Source: Harriotta raleighana
Taxonomy: Eukaryota
NCBI GenBank assembly: GCA_050575255.1
Contig: JBNZDD010013718.1
Span: 6,565,058 to 6,629,057 of the forward strand
DNA: 64,000 nucleotides
Reading direction: 5' to 3'
A program made the translations under genes and the position numbers. This document shows, piece after piece, positions 26,101 to 40,100 of this stretch (position 1 is its first letter; each line of letters begins with the position of its first letter). The notes beneath the pieces were generated by a model. The model ran no database searches. It saw nothing but the letters and a program-made list of their open reading frames with translations, and had not been told where the DNA came from.

Positions 26101-27749
26101 GATCAAAATTCTATCTGCAAAGATCTGAATAAGATTTTCTTCATTTAGGTTCACAATGGTAACCTGTTTCCAATGGTAGTTTTTATTCGACCATGGTGCT
26201 TTGTATGACAGGAAATCAATCAGGAAAATTGGAGACATGTTCCAGGTACATTGTGTCATGGTTTTACCCCAACAACAATAACCTGCATTTATATGATGCC
26301 CCTCACGCAGGGTCGTGTACCAGATATTTAAAAAATAAAGGATGGTACTGTATTTCCACTATGCAGACTTTGCATGTAGAAGCATACATTTGAAAATTGG
26401 ATGCAGTCTTATTTTGTACCGCATGCTTTTGTAATTTGTAGGTGAATAACGATCTTGGATTCCTAACCCAACATAAAAATAAATCTGTTTTTATTCATTC
26501 AAATCCTCAACATGATACACATGTTAAAATCTATCGTTGCGACTATTCCACTGTGCATGCAAGTAAAATGAACAACTATATATGTGTGTATCTGTGCTCA
26601 GCTAATTCATCAGCTAAAATGTAACTCATTAGTGGAGACAGTATGTTGTTTTCCCACACCCCTTCAGCCAAATCCTTCTGACAGCGCCCCATTCCATTTT
26701 AACTAATTATATGCATGGATTATTCTCAACAAAAACTGTGGAATAAGGAAAGAAATGCTGGCGCAATTTTAAGTGGCAGAAGCCGGCCCATCCTAGACAC
26801 TGTGTCACTTTGAATCAGTACTAAAATGTAGGTTTTGCAGTCCAAAGCTAATCAGGCAAAACTAAAGGTCCTGTTGAAAGAAGCTTCATGCTGCTCCAAC
26901 CACTCCATTGTAATGAACTACATATTTAGAAGCGATTTAACGGAAGAAAAAGATAAATTGATTAACTTATCCATTTGTAATGGTCTTTTTTTTAATATTG
27001 GTACCATCATCATCACTATTGAGAATTAATAATGAGCCATTCCATACAAAAAAAATGATTGCAGTAGTCCCAGTTTATCTACAATTCCACTCACCCACAA
27101 AATATAGTAAATTCACTTCATAGTATATTCTGTGAAGCACTTTGGGACGACTCTAAGACATGGTAACAGGATTATTATTAATGGGACTTGGTAAGGATTA
27201 TTATTATTTAGAGATCTGTATCTGGACCTTTGGATTCATTCTGTTCCTCGTTTTCTTTTGCAGAGTTTTACCAATTAGGGCCATTTGCATTCAATTATTT
27301 TATTCCCCAAACTTATTACTTCAAATGTATCTGTACTGAACTTAATTGGTCACACCTCTGTCCATCCTTTAGAAAAAATACATTCAACAGAATACATTTT
27401 CAATCGAGACCCCAATTATAGAGAGTCATTTATAGCAACTGTATAAACATAGAAACACAAGAGGGTTTCTTGGGACCAAATACTATTCAAAGACTGTTCA
27501 TGTAAAGAATTCAAATACTTATCCCTATCTATTAAATTTGAAACAGGTCTTGATTAGTTCAAAAAATTGCACTCCAGGTAAACCTTCAATATACATTAAT
27601 CACCAGTCTCATTGCCAAATACCCCCAAGGCTTGATTACATTTACATATGACTACAGTGAAATATTTACTCACACTTTGTTCAGCAGATTACTGGTTGTT
27701 AGGATGTTAAGGCCAAAATAAAGAAGAAATCTAGTAATTCCAGGTTCAT

Positions 27750-27759
27750 TTTATTTATT
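27750..27759 (-). terminator. Polyadenylation signal of full-length VPS13C (overlapping AATAAATAAA)
   Basis: Lies about 310 nt after the stop codon and is followed by a U-rich downstream tract (TTTCTTCTTTATTTTGG). Confidence 0.65.
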
Positions 27760-28064
27760 TGACAGTTGAGTACATTATGTCTGAGATATTTTCCTTAACA
27801 TGTGAATAATGTTTTCAGAGTGCAAAATGAACATTCAAAAATTTGTGACAAACGTTGTCCACATTCAGTCACACATTACATTAAATGAAAATTGAAAATA
27901 CTGGCGTTCATTCCTGAGCTCAGTGTTCTAATCAATTAGATGACTCCAGTACCAAAGATTTCATACTTTTAAAATCAATCATTAGAAAAATATAGTGTAG
28001 TGCAAATGATAGTTTCAAAGAAGAGCCATAACGAGGACCCAGATTTTGTGCAATCAAAACCTTT

Positions 28065-28157
28065 TCAAAAAGGTTTGGAAAATCTCACAGATTTTCTTTT
28101 CACCAGCTGCTGTTGCTTTCTTGTGGACCAAGCTTCTTCAATAGCATTGGCAGCCCT
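28065..28157 (-). CDS. VPS13C: VPS13C last coding exon with stop codon
   Basis: ttgcag|AGG; [30 protein letters not shown] (TGA at 28065-28067). Confidence 0.9.
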   Translation of the reverse strand, partial: RAANAIEEAWSTRKQQQLVKRKSVRFSKPF

Positions 28158-31100
28158 CTGCAACAAATCACCAGCAATTATTTCAGATAAGAGTTATAGT
28201 TCATGTCTTGTTAAGGCGAATTCTATGAGCTCAAGTTATTCAGGCTGAGTAAATTCAGGTTGATTGAATAATTTGTTTACACAATTTAAGGAGCTCAAGT
28301 TTAATGAATGTTGGTGCACCTAATATATTATGTATACATGCTTAAAATGTAGTTGGTGATAAGTAATGCTTGGAAGATTTCTCTCTAATGTAATGTCATT
28401 TTCCAAAACAAATTTATAAATAAAAATGAGTAATGTGGCAGTTTTTTTTTCAAAAAACACACATTATTTCCCCCATCTGTTGGACTCACCAACAAGTGGA
28501 AACAGCCAATTATTGCCCAACCAATCGAATACTTTCATAATTTAAAATATCTTTCGCTCACAATACATAGTCAATTTACGTTACAGTATATTCTGTGAAG
28601 CGCTATGCGACAACTAGAAGATGTGATTAGGCAATGTACCAAATACAGAGATTATTGTTATCTCTATTGAGTCCCCTTTCAATCAAGAGAGAAAAGCTTC
28701 AACATGTCCAATCTTTCTTGATGACTGTATCCACTCATCCCTGGTAACAAACTCTACTCAAACTCTCCGTACTTACCTTGACGTTGTCCCCATCCTGGAG
28801 TTTAACTGTTTTCACCAGGCCATGACTCACATTTTTTGGAATGGAAAACCCTATTAATGATTGATCCTGTAAAGCAAAATAAGAATTGACTTTTTTTTAA
28901 TGTAAATCAACACCTTTATGAGGCTTTATTTGAGTTAATGTTCCAAATGTGCAGATGTTTATTGAAAATCTTCATCATTTATATTTCTTGGAACTTTTCA
29001 AAATTTTACCATGAGAAAGAGGTAAACAAACTTCTTGTAAATTTCCTTGAAGCTTGGCTAGGGAGTAAACAGGTGATATCATTATTTTATCTTCATTTTA
29101 GTTAGGTCAACAAGAACATTCAGGAGTAATTATACAGCATATATGCATGAAAATGACCCTGTGAATCAAATGGTATGATCCATTCAATTCCACATTAATT
29201 ATAACAGTATATTCTGTAAAGTGCATTGAGACACCTCAACAACGTGATGGAAAGATGATTATTATTCATTAGAACGCTTCAGAAACAAAATGTGCTTTAA
29301 AGACAACAATTTGCATTTATATAACACCTTTCCTGTGAGTCGCGTCACAGAGCAAAGAAGATAAAGGTCCATATAGATTGGGATTACTGACATTCATTCT
29401 GGTGGGCAGAGAAGTACCTTCTAAGAAACAACTTGCACTTGCAGAAATGGGGTTTAAATTTTCCAGCACTTTTCATGACAGACCATAAGCAGATACAAAC
29501 ACAACCCACTGCAATAAGATTATTTGTATGGTAAGATCCTTTTTCACATTATCTAAACATGGAGTTAAACCATTGTCATTGTCCAGTACCTTGGGGACAT
29601 CCTCCCCAAGTGAAAGGCACTATATAAATACAATTTGTTGTTATTCACCCAGTCTCCTTATATTCGTCAGCTGGGTATGCATTGTGTACCCCTCTGAAAA
29701 GGTGGCAGACCTATCCACTGTTCTGAAACCAAACCTAGCAGATGTGTAGAAAGACTTGGAGGAAAGGGAATCTCCTCCCTCCCCACAGGAAAGCAACTGG
29801 ACTTCCTGCTTCCCACACAAATTCAGTCATTCCCACATCCTCCAATTAATAATGCAAGTTGTCACTGTCCGATTCCCACCGGAAAATCTGGAGAATGTTC
29901 AGTGTTTAAAACCTCAATGTACAGCTTTCAAAAATCCCTTTTCCCCGTTTATTCAGTATTAGGTACTGACAAAAATTGTGTTCAGATCTCTAAATAGCTT
30001 GATCTATGATTGAACATTGTACTAATTATAACAGATTTGTACAGATCCATGTCATAAACTACTTTTTCCCCAAAACAATATTGCTCAACAATGAGCCTCT
30101 CATTCAAAAGCTGTATCAAACTGGAAAATTAAATTGCACATTGCTTTAGATTCATGGTGGGCTTCAATAAGAATTTACAAACACCAATACATCACATTTC
30201 CTGAATGACATGAGAATAAATTGGGAGTAAAAATATCTAGCTGATGTTTATCCGAGGTGGCAAATAACTTAACAGTACAGCTCCTTTATATTTATTATAA
30301 GATCTTAAACAAAAATGCACCTTTTTAAAATTAAATTGTAATTTTAAAATATGTATTTGCAATGAATGTAGTTTAGCAATGCATGATCACATTTTTTTTT
30401 AAACAATATAATTGTAATGCATACCTTCATCTTATGGCACAAAACAACTATGGATTGTATCCTGTAATATTTTGATATCTACCATGTACTAAAAATCATA
30501 CCTTGATATACAACCTCAACACATTTCCTTCCACAAATGGTGGCTGTGTAAACTCATCGAACGTGTAATTCCAGTCACTTCCAAGATGTCCTAGAATTTC
30601 ATCAGACACACACAGGACTCTCCTGCAATAACCACATAATTTGTAAAAGTGAGTTAGTACAGAGTGCAACTTAAAAATAAGACTTGAAGTTTATTATTTA
30701 CTGCTACAAAGTACCATAAACGTGAAGGGCTACTCCATGCACTGTTTCCTAAAACTAAAGAAAGAATATTTTAATAGACGATTGCTGTGAAATACAGTCA
30801 ATATACTTAACAGTGATTCCTGTGAAGTGCTTAAGACATCCTGCTGATGTGAAACATTATGTCAAATGAAATTATTATTATTAAGCATCGCTATTACTGT
30901 AGACAAATGTTGCACCCAATTTCATCCACAAGATCCCAGAGACAGTCAGGAGATGAATGACCAACTAACAGGGCAATTTAAAAAGTGCTAATCTATTATG
31001 CTATTCTTCAAATAATATTTTTACAGTTGAAGATTAACTGCAATCCTTTATCACTAGTTGGTTTAGAGATGCTTAAATCTTACCTGTTGGTGATGAGCAG

Positions 31101-34100
31101 ATTTGCCTTTCTGCTTCCATATATAGGATAGTGATTACGATACATCTCTCCTTCAAATTTCTGAATATCCAGTTTCTGCAATAAAATTGTACCACAAGTT
31201 ATTTTTCAAAATAGATTGCAATACTTAACCCAAGGATATAGGGGTCAAGCCTCCATTCAATATTGCATACATCACCATTATACTTGTGTATCATCTTTTA
31301 CCTTGTGCCGTGATAGCACGTTAAATGGTGCAAGGATCCCCAGCACAAACTCACTGTCACAAAGCATCGGTTTATTTTCCACTCTGTTCAGTTCCTGATA
31401 CCAGCAATGCCACAGTGAAAGTACAATAAACTATTGATGGGAGAATTATCCAGTTGCTCACGCCAATTGATACAACACAGCATTAGCAACGCTTGGCAAC
31501 AGGTCTTGTTGGGCCCAGTTCAGGCTTGACTTAGAGTAAAAGTGATTTACTGTTAAAATTATTCAGAGCGACTCGCTTGCCAACAATGTACTTTATTGAT
31601 AAAAGGAGCTAAAAGCAGCAATTTTAATCTTGAGCTTTAGATGATGTTTATAAAAATGTGTGCACTGTGATACTGTTAGTCATCCAAAACATGTAAATGC
31701 CGAAGATAAAGTAACCAGTTACAATTACGATATGGCTCATCAGAATTTGGATACATTTTTAATCTTAAATCAAATTCGTATATTTCCATTTCCCAATCAT
31801 TTCTGAACCACAATTTTTTTTTGATAATCCCAATGTCTGATTTATACAAGATTAACTTTTAAAAATCACAATTACATTTCACAGATTATCATCAATCGGT
31901 CTACCATTACTTTGTAGATTGCAGATTACAATGTGTATGAAAGATGCAAAAAGGAGTTATTTTATTCTAATTATTCCAGCTGGACAATTTATCGACAACC
32001 TATCTTTTGTGAACATTTTGCCCACAAAATTATAGTCAATTCACTTTAAAATATATGCTGTGAAACACTTTGAGACTTTTTAACGACTTGATAAAGGGCT
32101 ATATCAAATGCAAGGATTATTATTATTAATAGTATAATTTATTAAATTAACCCTAAAATTTCAAATTAATTGGCTGATCATTTCATTTGTGGAACATCGC
32201 TGGTACAGATTAGCTGCTGTATTTGCCTATTTAGCAAAATTCACTTAATTTCTAATCATTTAATTTTGTGAACCACTTTGAGTTGTTGGATTTCATGTGA
32301 AAATAATGTGTTTTATAAACTCACTATTTTCTCAGATTTGAGGAAAGTACAGATGTTGAGGAAGAAACAGAAAACTAACAGATATGTACATTTTAATCAT
32401 AAAGTGTTTGGCATATAAATGAAACATCTGAATTACAAGTAACAAGAGAAACAGAAGTGAGACAATTATTCACACTAATTGGGACCAGCCCCATTGTGGA
32501 TGAGCAATCAATCCAGATAATTAATTGTGATGATACAAATAGGCTGTTGATGATTTCCCCCTCCCCCAAAAAATCTATCAGAAATTTCTTCTCTTCCTTT
32601 TTCTCTAACTCTTTCTAACTTTTCTCTCTTTTGGACTCTTTTTCCCTGAGCCCAATATGGATGACTTGACTTGTTGATAAAACAGATTTCTACTGTATCT
32701 ATGTAAATGAAATATATACACTAACACTGCAGCCTAATGCATTTTATTCACGTGAACAAACTCAATTGGCAAAAGTTACACTTTTTAAAAAAAAACTCTG
32801 ACGGCAATCTATCATTTTGGTCCCAAATTGTGGCAATCTAAAATTGTGCTCCTCCTCAATCCATTCATAACATTTCATGAACAATAGTCTCACTGATATG
32901 TGTCAAATCTTTTACAATTAATATTGAAATTGAAGGGAGGAAGAATTGGAATGGTGGAGTTCAGGCGAGGAGACAGGCAATAAATATTCAGTGCAAACAC
33001 ACAAGAAATTATACAGTTATACTCACTGAGCACAAAATTAAATTTTAAAGTCCAATCGATTGGACAAGAAAAAGGAGCAAATAGTCAGAATGGTGAAGAC
33101 AATATGCAACAAGATGTCACACAGTCTCAAGTTCATATTATTTTAAAATTATTTCCTTCAAACAGTTAGCACAAAAAGTCACCATAGCTAACATTTAAAA
33201 TTATTAGCAAGATGTATAATTGTATGTATTAAATTAATTGATTAATCAGTTGAACATAATTTATTCACCATGATGTGCATGCCATGTACTATGAGGTCTT
33301 AATTATGAGAAAAGTACATACAATAGTGAGAAAGCTTTAAATACATTTATACAGTGTAGTAAGCTAAAATCAGTAGAATGTTTCAGTAAAAGCACATAGC
33401 ATAGGTAGAAAGATGCAAGATATTCTATTTTCATTCCATTTCTTGCTGCATGTATAGGAGAAAAGAAAAAGGAAAGTTAGAACTTTTGCTTAAAAGGAAG
33501 CCATGCATTCATAGANAAGGAGAAAATAAAAAGGAAAGTTAGAACTTTTGCTTAAAAGGAAGCCATGCATTCATAGAGTAGAAAGTTTTTTTTTGTTTTA
33601 ATTGATCAGTTTTCTAGTTGTATAACTTCTATAACTAATCTTTAGGGCTCATTGTATGCAGAAGTCTACAAAAGGAACACAAAAGGAGAAGGCAAGTTTG
33701 AATTAAAAAAAAGTACACACAACTGCTGTGAACAAAGTGATATTAGGACATAAAAAAGTCTCTGATAACATCTTTAGTTGGCTAAATAACTAACAATATA
33801 TTCAAATAATTGGGCAGAATTAGTGCATATTACTGGTCTTTCCATGGTGGTGCAAATTTATGAAGTGCAAATCAGCAAATTTTTCAATGGCTTTGAACAG
33901 TATCTGAAAACTGAACATAGTTCATTTCAATAATAATTGTACCTGTGTCTGACACTAGTTTTTTTTTAAAAAAAAGTACATTTGCTGTATAGTTAACTTT
34001 GGTACCATATCATCAGGGCTAAAAGATTTCATGTTATGTTAACTTTGGATACCTTATTTCAAATAAGGAAAGTGATATTGCACTGGATACCAAATCACTG

Positions 34101-37100
34101 AGCACAGTTGTCAGTTGGTGAATTGCATGCCCTAAAACTACTCTATAAAATGGTGTGTTTATAAATGAAATATGTTAACCATGAGATACAAGTTACACAT
34201 CTGAAGAGCTGTGGGAAGGCAGCCACTCAAATAAGACTGAGCAAGATTGAGCTTTGTACAGAACACGGGAATTTGTTAACATCGTAATAATATTCCTTGC
34301 ATTTGATTTAGTTATTAGACGTCTCAAAGAGCTTCACTTCTTCTAGATATCTCAAAGTGCTTCACAGAATATTCTATAAAGTGAATTGACTATAGGCGAA
34401 ATGCGGCAGCCAATTATGCACAGAAGGTGTCCCACAAACATTCATGGATTGGAGTGACCAAATCATTATTCTTTTTGGATGGATTATTACTGTATTAGGC
34501 GTGTGGAATAAGGAAACTTGACCAAGATTTCACCCTGCCTGGAACTGAACTCAGGTCTCTCACTTTAAGGTGAGTGCTCTAACCACTGAGCTACAGGACT
34601 TGTGATTAAATCAAATCGATTGAATATTCATTTTGCTTAAATAAAATTTAAAGGGGATTTAAATTATGTCTACTTCCCCCATTTGAAAAAATAGACATTT
34701 ACCTCAAGTAATTCACATCCCTCAGATTCAGATCTGTTGTAAGTTCTGATGATTCCATCTTCATGGATGCAACGTGGAGGACGGAGTTTATTTACATCTT
34801 CAGTCGACTCAGCTACCCTAAGTTAGGCAATGAAATAGTCAGTAATCTTTTTAATGTATCATTTCATCAAACATATAGAATCAGCTAACCATAAAAATAA
34901 TGAGCCACTTGAATATCTTCTTGGTTCTAATGGAAAAGAGTCATTTTCAAACTGTTTTTCAGCTTCAAATAAACCACATTACTCCTGTTGAAAGCAAGGA
35001 AGGAATTTGTTTTTCGGCGCAGTCTAAATTAAAATGATATCCAAAGACAGTGTTTGAACAATCCAATGTCCAGTTTAACTGCCAGAAGCATACTGCAATC
35101 ACTTGAAAAAATGATTATTAAGTTATGAAAGCTTGGGTAGTTTAATCAAATCTATCATTTTGAAATGCTTCTCAAATTTATTTTGTATTCCATACCATCA
35201 AACCACCGCATGTTTAACCTCTGGAACTCCTTGCCTCATTCCCCTCTTTATCTAACTTTAAATTCCACCTCAAGGCCTACATTGCCTCTTCAACCACACC
35301 TATGCTCACCTCCCCCTTCTCCCTTTCTCGGCATGGAACCCGACCACTATTCAGTGTTCTGTGTCTATCCTACGTGAAGTGCACAATGCAAATGCAAGTT
35401 GTCGTCCCTTATTCAAAAACAATTGAAACAGTGGAAACAGAAATGGCACAATAAACTACACTTTAATCTGCAACTAATCCTCGAGTGCCTCACTAGAGCA
35501 CAGTTTTGCTTTAAACAATGGTTACTTTGGTTCCATAACTTACTTTTTAATTCCTTGGAAAGTGCTGCTTGCCATGTCAATGATGCCGCCCGTCGGTCGT
35601 GCAACAACTCCAACCAGCCCTTTGCCAATTCCTTTGAAGAAGCCGGCTGTACCTTCCTTCTTTGCACCTGTTGCAGGAAGTGTAGAGTCAGAAAATGAAA
35701 ATGAGCTCAAACAGAACTTTAGCACTACCCAGTCAGGTTGTTCATTCATCAAATAAACAAGTAATAATAATAATAATCCTTGCAGTTGATATAACGCCTT
35801 GTCACATTGTTCAGATGCCTCAAAGCGCTTCACAGAATATCCTGTAAAATAGAGCGACTGTGTATTTTGTAGGTGAAACACAGCAGCCAATTGCACAAAA
35901 TAATTACATATCAAGTCGTTACATCTTTTTGAAAGTCAATGTTATCCAATCAAAACCAAACATTTTGAAACCAAAACCTATTATATTTTCTAATATTGGA
36001 CTAGAATACAGAAAAGCTGTTAATAAAAGTGGTGATAAGGTCTCACACAATACAATTTGAAATACATCCCACAGCTCCCCTATGGCGAGCAGCCTTTGGC
36101 TCATGTCAACCTGCATCGAATTTTCTGGAATTAGGAAAATAGAATACTCCCCTCTTACAGAAAGAGTGAACATTCACAGGGAAATTTCCACGTGTGGGTG
36201 CATAGAATGATCTATTAATTAACTTCCAAATTAACCCAGACAATACATGTTACAGTATATCCTGTAAAGCGCTTTGAGACACACCCTCCGACATAAAAAG
36301 AATGCTGAATCAAAGGCAAGGATTACTTTAATAAAAGTACATTCAATAGAAGAATATAATGTCATCGATTCATTACAATCTTGTCCCAAAGCATTGATGT
36401 TTGGTGCATTACTGATCCACGTTTTAGTAACATACCTTCAACAGGCTTTGTGACGATTCCTGTAAATCCTCCCACCACACCCTGAAAGAAATTCCAAAAA
36501 AAATATTTCTACATTGTATTTGTTTCACAGTAGATATAAAATCTGCATAGTTGAAGGGGGATTTAGGGAAGGTTTGATGATGTCCTCAATTTGAATATTT
36601 TGGCTTGCTTTTTGTTGATCCAAATCCATCTAAAAAATTATATTGGTCTGATCATTTCTACGGATGTAGCCCTGTGGCACAGCCTTCGACCCCTTAGGAT
36701 GTCCTCCTGACATGAAATGCGCTCTACAAATGTAATTTTGTTGTTGTTTGGCTGTTGAATTCCAATCTTCACCACATCCCTGTGTGGAGATGCAACTGGA
36801 GGCTGTGGAGTCTCATCATTACAGGGCTGTTTTCATACACCTTCCAGCTGTTTGGCTCATGTCAGCTATCCACACTGAACAGAGACAACAATTTGGAACA
36901 AAATTTCAAGACTGTACAAATGCACCCAATAAACACTCAAAAACACGCAACGATTGATAATTTATGAGGTTTCAATTTCAACTATGCTATTACTGTACTA
37001 CTTTCTACAACCGCACACTAACAAACTTGATTTAGGTTTTGAAATTAAATGACAAAGAAAGCTGTATTTTCTAACACACCTACTGGAAATTCCTTTAAGT

Positions 37101-40100
37101 TTCTATGTCAGAAGAACAATTCATTGGTGCTTTTCAAAGCAGTTAAGGCAGGAGATTTTCTTTCTGTGACAAATGTTTCTGCATGATGGAATTAATAAAA
37201 TCTCCAGTAAGTGGAGATATTAAATACGATCATGGGCAAAACTAGATTTTTGATTGGAGAAAGGTTAATGCTGGGAAAAGTTAAGAAACTTACCTTTGTT
37301 TCCAGTCTAATATCTTTAGTCTTTATTGCAGTAGAAAGTAGTATTTTCCAACTAACACTAAACAATGAGCAGTCCACATTCTACAAGTTAAGTTCTTTAT
37401 ACGTGAAGAGAAAATTACCCCCAAAAAACTTTAAAACACATCGGTCACAGAATTTTATGGAGCTATCTATATCTCTATTTTTTAAAATATAGATGCTATC
37501 AGGAAAAAACAATGATTTTGGAGCAACTAGTTATGACTTACTGATCTACCGGAATTCTTTTGAAGGAACTAAATTTGCAGATGCGGATTCCAACCTTCTA
37601 CCTGAGATTCAAGTTTCTATGCAAAACTATTAAAGGGTAAAACTCATGGAATAAATGTCAAGGTTACCTAGATAGAATGTTGACCCAGCAATAGGAAGCA
37701 GGGAGGCGATGATGGAAATGCTCTGGAACAGGGAAGTGATTTGTGACCTCTAAAAGGGACTTTTTAAAAATCCGCTGCTGTTCACATTGTTCATGAGTGA
37801 CTCAGAGTCTTGTAATTTTTTTTTGAAACTCTTCACAGTTTGCTAAGCTATGCTGAGGCAAATAATATGAGGGTAAAGAATATTCAAGGAGATGTGGACC
37901 ACTTAAGCAGATGGGCTAATGAAATAATGGATGGATTAATATAAATAAATGGAAGGTAATGCATATTGGAACAAGGAACAGTAAAAACATGTAAACAATG
38001 AAAGAATGTCCATTAGTGGAAATGGAAAAAAGACATGGGTGTAATTATTGACTACTCACTGACGGTTTCCATTGAAGTCAAAGTTACTGATCAAATATTA
38101 TTGCACCTTGGGAGCATTTGTTTAGAAATGGAAAAACATTATTCGAACCAAGTGCATTTTATTGGTGAAGCCACAGCTCATATATTATGTACATTTTCAG
38201 CAACATATGTTCAAAAGCATATTGAGTTCAGAGAAGAGCAAGAATGTGCCAGGACTTTAGAGCTATAAGTCATAAAGGTTTGTAGAAGTGAAATATTAAA
38301 GATCCAGGTCATTAAAGTGTTGAGAAATGTAAATGTGACTGACGATCAGATCAACATTAAAAGGTATACTTTGCAATTAAACTGAAAAATCTTCAAGTGG
38401 GATCGGAAATAAGATGTTTCTTTTCACTTAAGAGTGGAGATTTGGAACAGACTTTAAAAAATACCAGTTGATATATTAATTTCTTTAAAACTGGATAACT
38501 GCCTGTGAATTGAGAGCAGATGCAGTCTGCGGAGGGAAAAATCCTGGACAGTATTTGCAGGCGCTTTTGGAAACAGGAGACCTAATGGGCCAATTTTTCC
38601 TTTTATATGGTCTAACACGTTCTCTTGATGCCTGGCAGTGATATGTTAACTGCCTAATGTCTGCCTTCCTCTTAAAGCGAAAATATATGGGTTCTCCATT
38701 TTCCCATCAGAATATATGGAACAGCACTGGGTTTCGTCTCCACTTACCCGCAAGAGGCCTATTCCTCCTTTAGCCAAACTGTCCCCAAAGTCCTTGGGTT
38801 GACGGTTCATTTCCTCTCTGCGTTTCTGTTGATATTCCTTGTCCATAGTAATTGCAGCCAGACCTTTTCCAACAGTGCCCGTGATCCTAGACACCACACC
38901 AGCTGCGCCACCTGTGTGTAGAACCAATAAACAATGTTCAGGTTTATCCGCTGACATCAGTACTGTATTAGGTACGAGCACAAACTCGCTGATGCAACGG
39001 AACCAAAGAAAGGTTCATATAGAATTATCTGGTCCAGCAGATTAAGGTTTAACCCAAGCAGCAAGCCTTTTGTAGAAGTTCACTTTTACAGACAACCCTG
39101 TACAAACCATCTACTAAAACTGCTAAGAAATTCTTACCTACTGTGTGTCCAAGGAGGCTCTTCATTCCAATCACAAAGCCCTCTGCAAATTCTTCTGGTC
39201 CCTGAACAGCTCCCTAAGAAAATTCTAAAAGTTATTCTTGTGTAAAACATCCAAAAGAAAGCCAGATAACAAAATAATAACAAAATAACTTCCATCGTGT
39301 TTCTACTTACCTGGAAAGGTTCATAGAAGAATGCTTCTACACCTTCAGAAAGCCCTCGGATCAGTCCGACAGGGTTTCCAAGGACATCAAGCCCCAAAAC
39401 AAGAACGTACATCTGCTTCAGAAACTGGGAGACATGCAAGATGTTTTGGTTAATACAGTATTATCAAGTTAGGTTGGAAAATTTAAACATTCAACTTTTT
39501 TTTGTACTCACTTGTTCAGAATAATGGGTAATGATAGTCCACATCAGCTGATCTCTCTTATAGAACTGACATTTAGTTTCAAAAAATGCAAGTCTGAAAC
39601 ATAAGAACCAGCCAATATAGTCACTCAAAAACACACACTTGAGTTAAAAACCACAGAAGTTTTTAAACTTAAAGAAGCAATTTAGTCTTTTTTTTTTAAA
39701 GGCCACATGTATAATCTACACCATGAATCTTCCAAATAAGATTCTGCAGATTTCTTACTCACTCCCACCAAATAAATCTAGAAAATGCCCAAATACAATT
39801 AAAAACACATTTTAAAAAATATTTTTCAAAATGTTAGTCAATGGAAGATTGGATTTGGTCACTATGGTTGGTTTGCTATTCCTTGAGGTACAATCCTCCC
39901 AAACTAAATATGGTTCATTATGTTTTAATTTAATAATTGTGTTCCTTTTTCTTCTGAAAAGAAATAAAACTCCAGTAAGTGAAAACTCTTGATCATTTAC
40001 CTTATCAATCTTATATGCCTATGAAAACAAGTTCAGTTACAGAAGTCTCACTTTAATACTGTGAATTAGCTCTTTAAAATTATTCCATAATTTATGAAAA

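Noticed and set aside
577-27421. Numerous 60-120 aa ORFs in the intergenic region
   Set aside because: No recognisable protein families other than TE relics and no chain of phase-compatible exons
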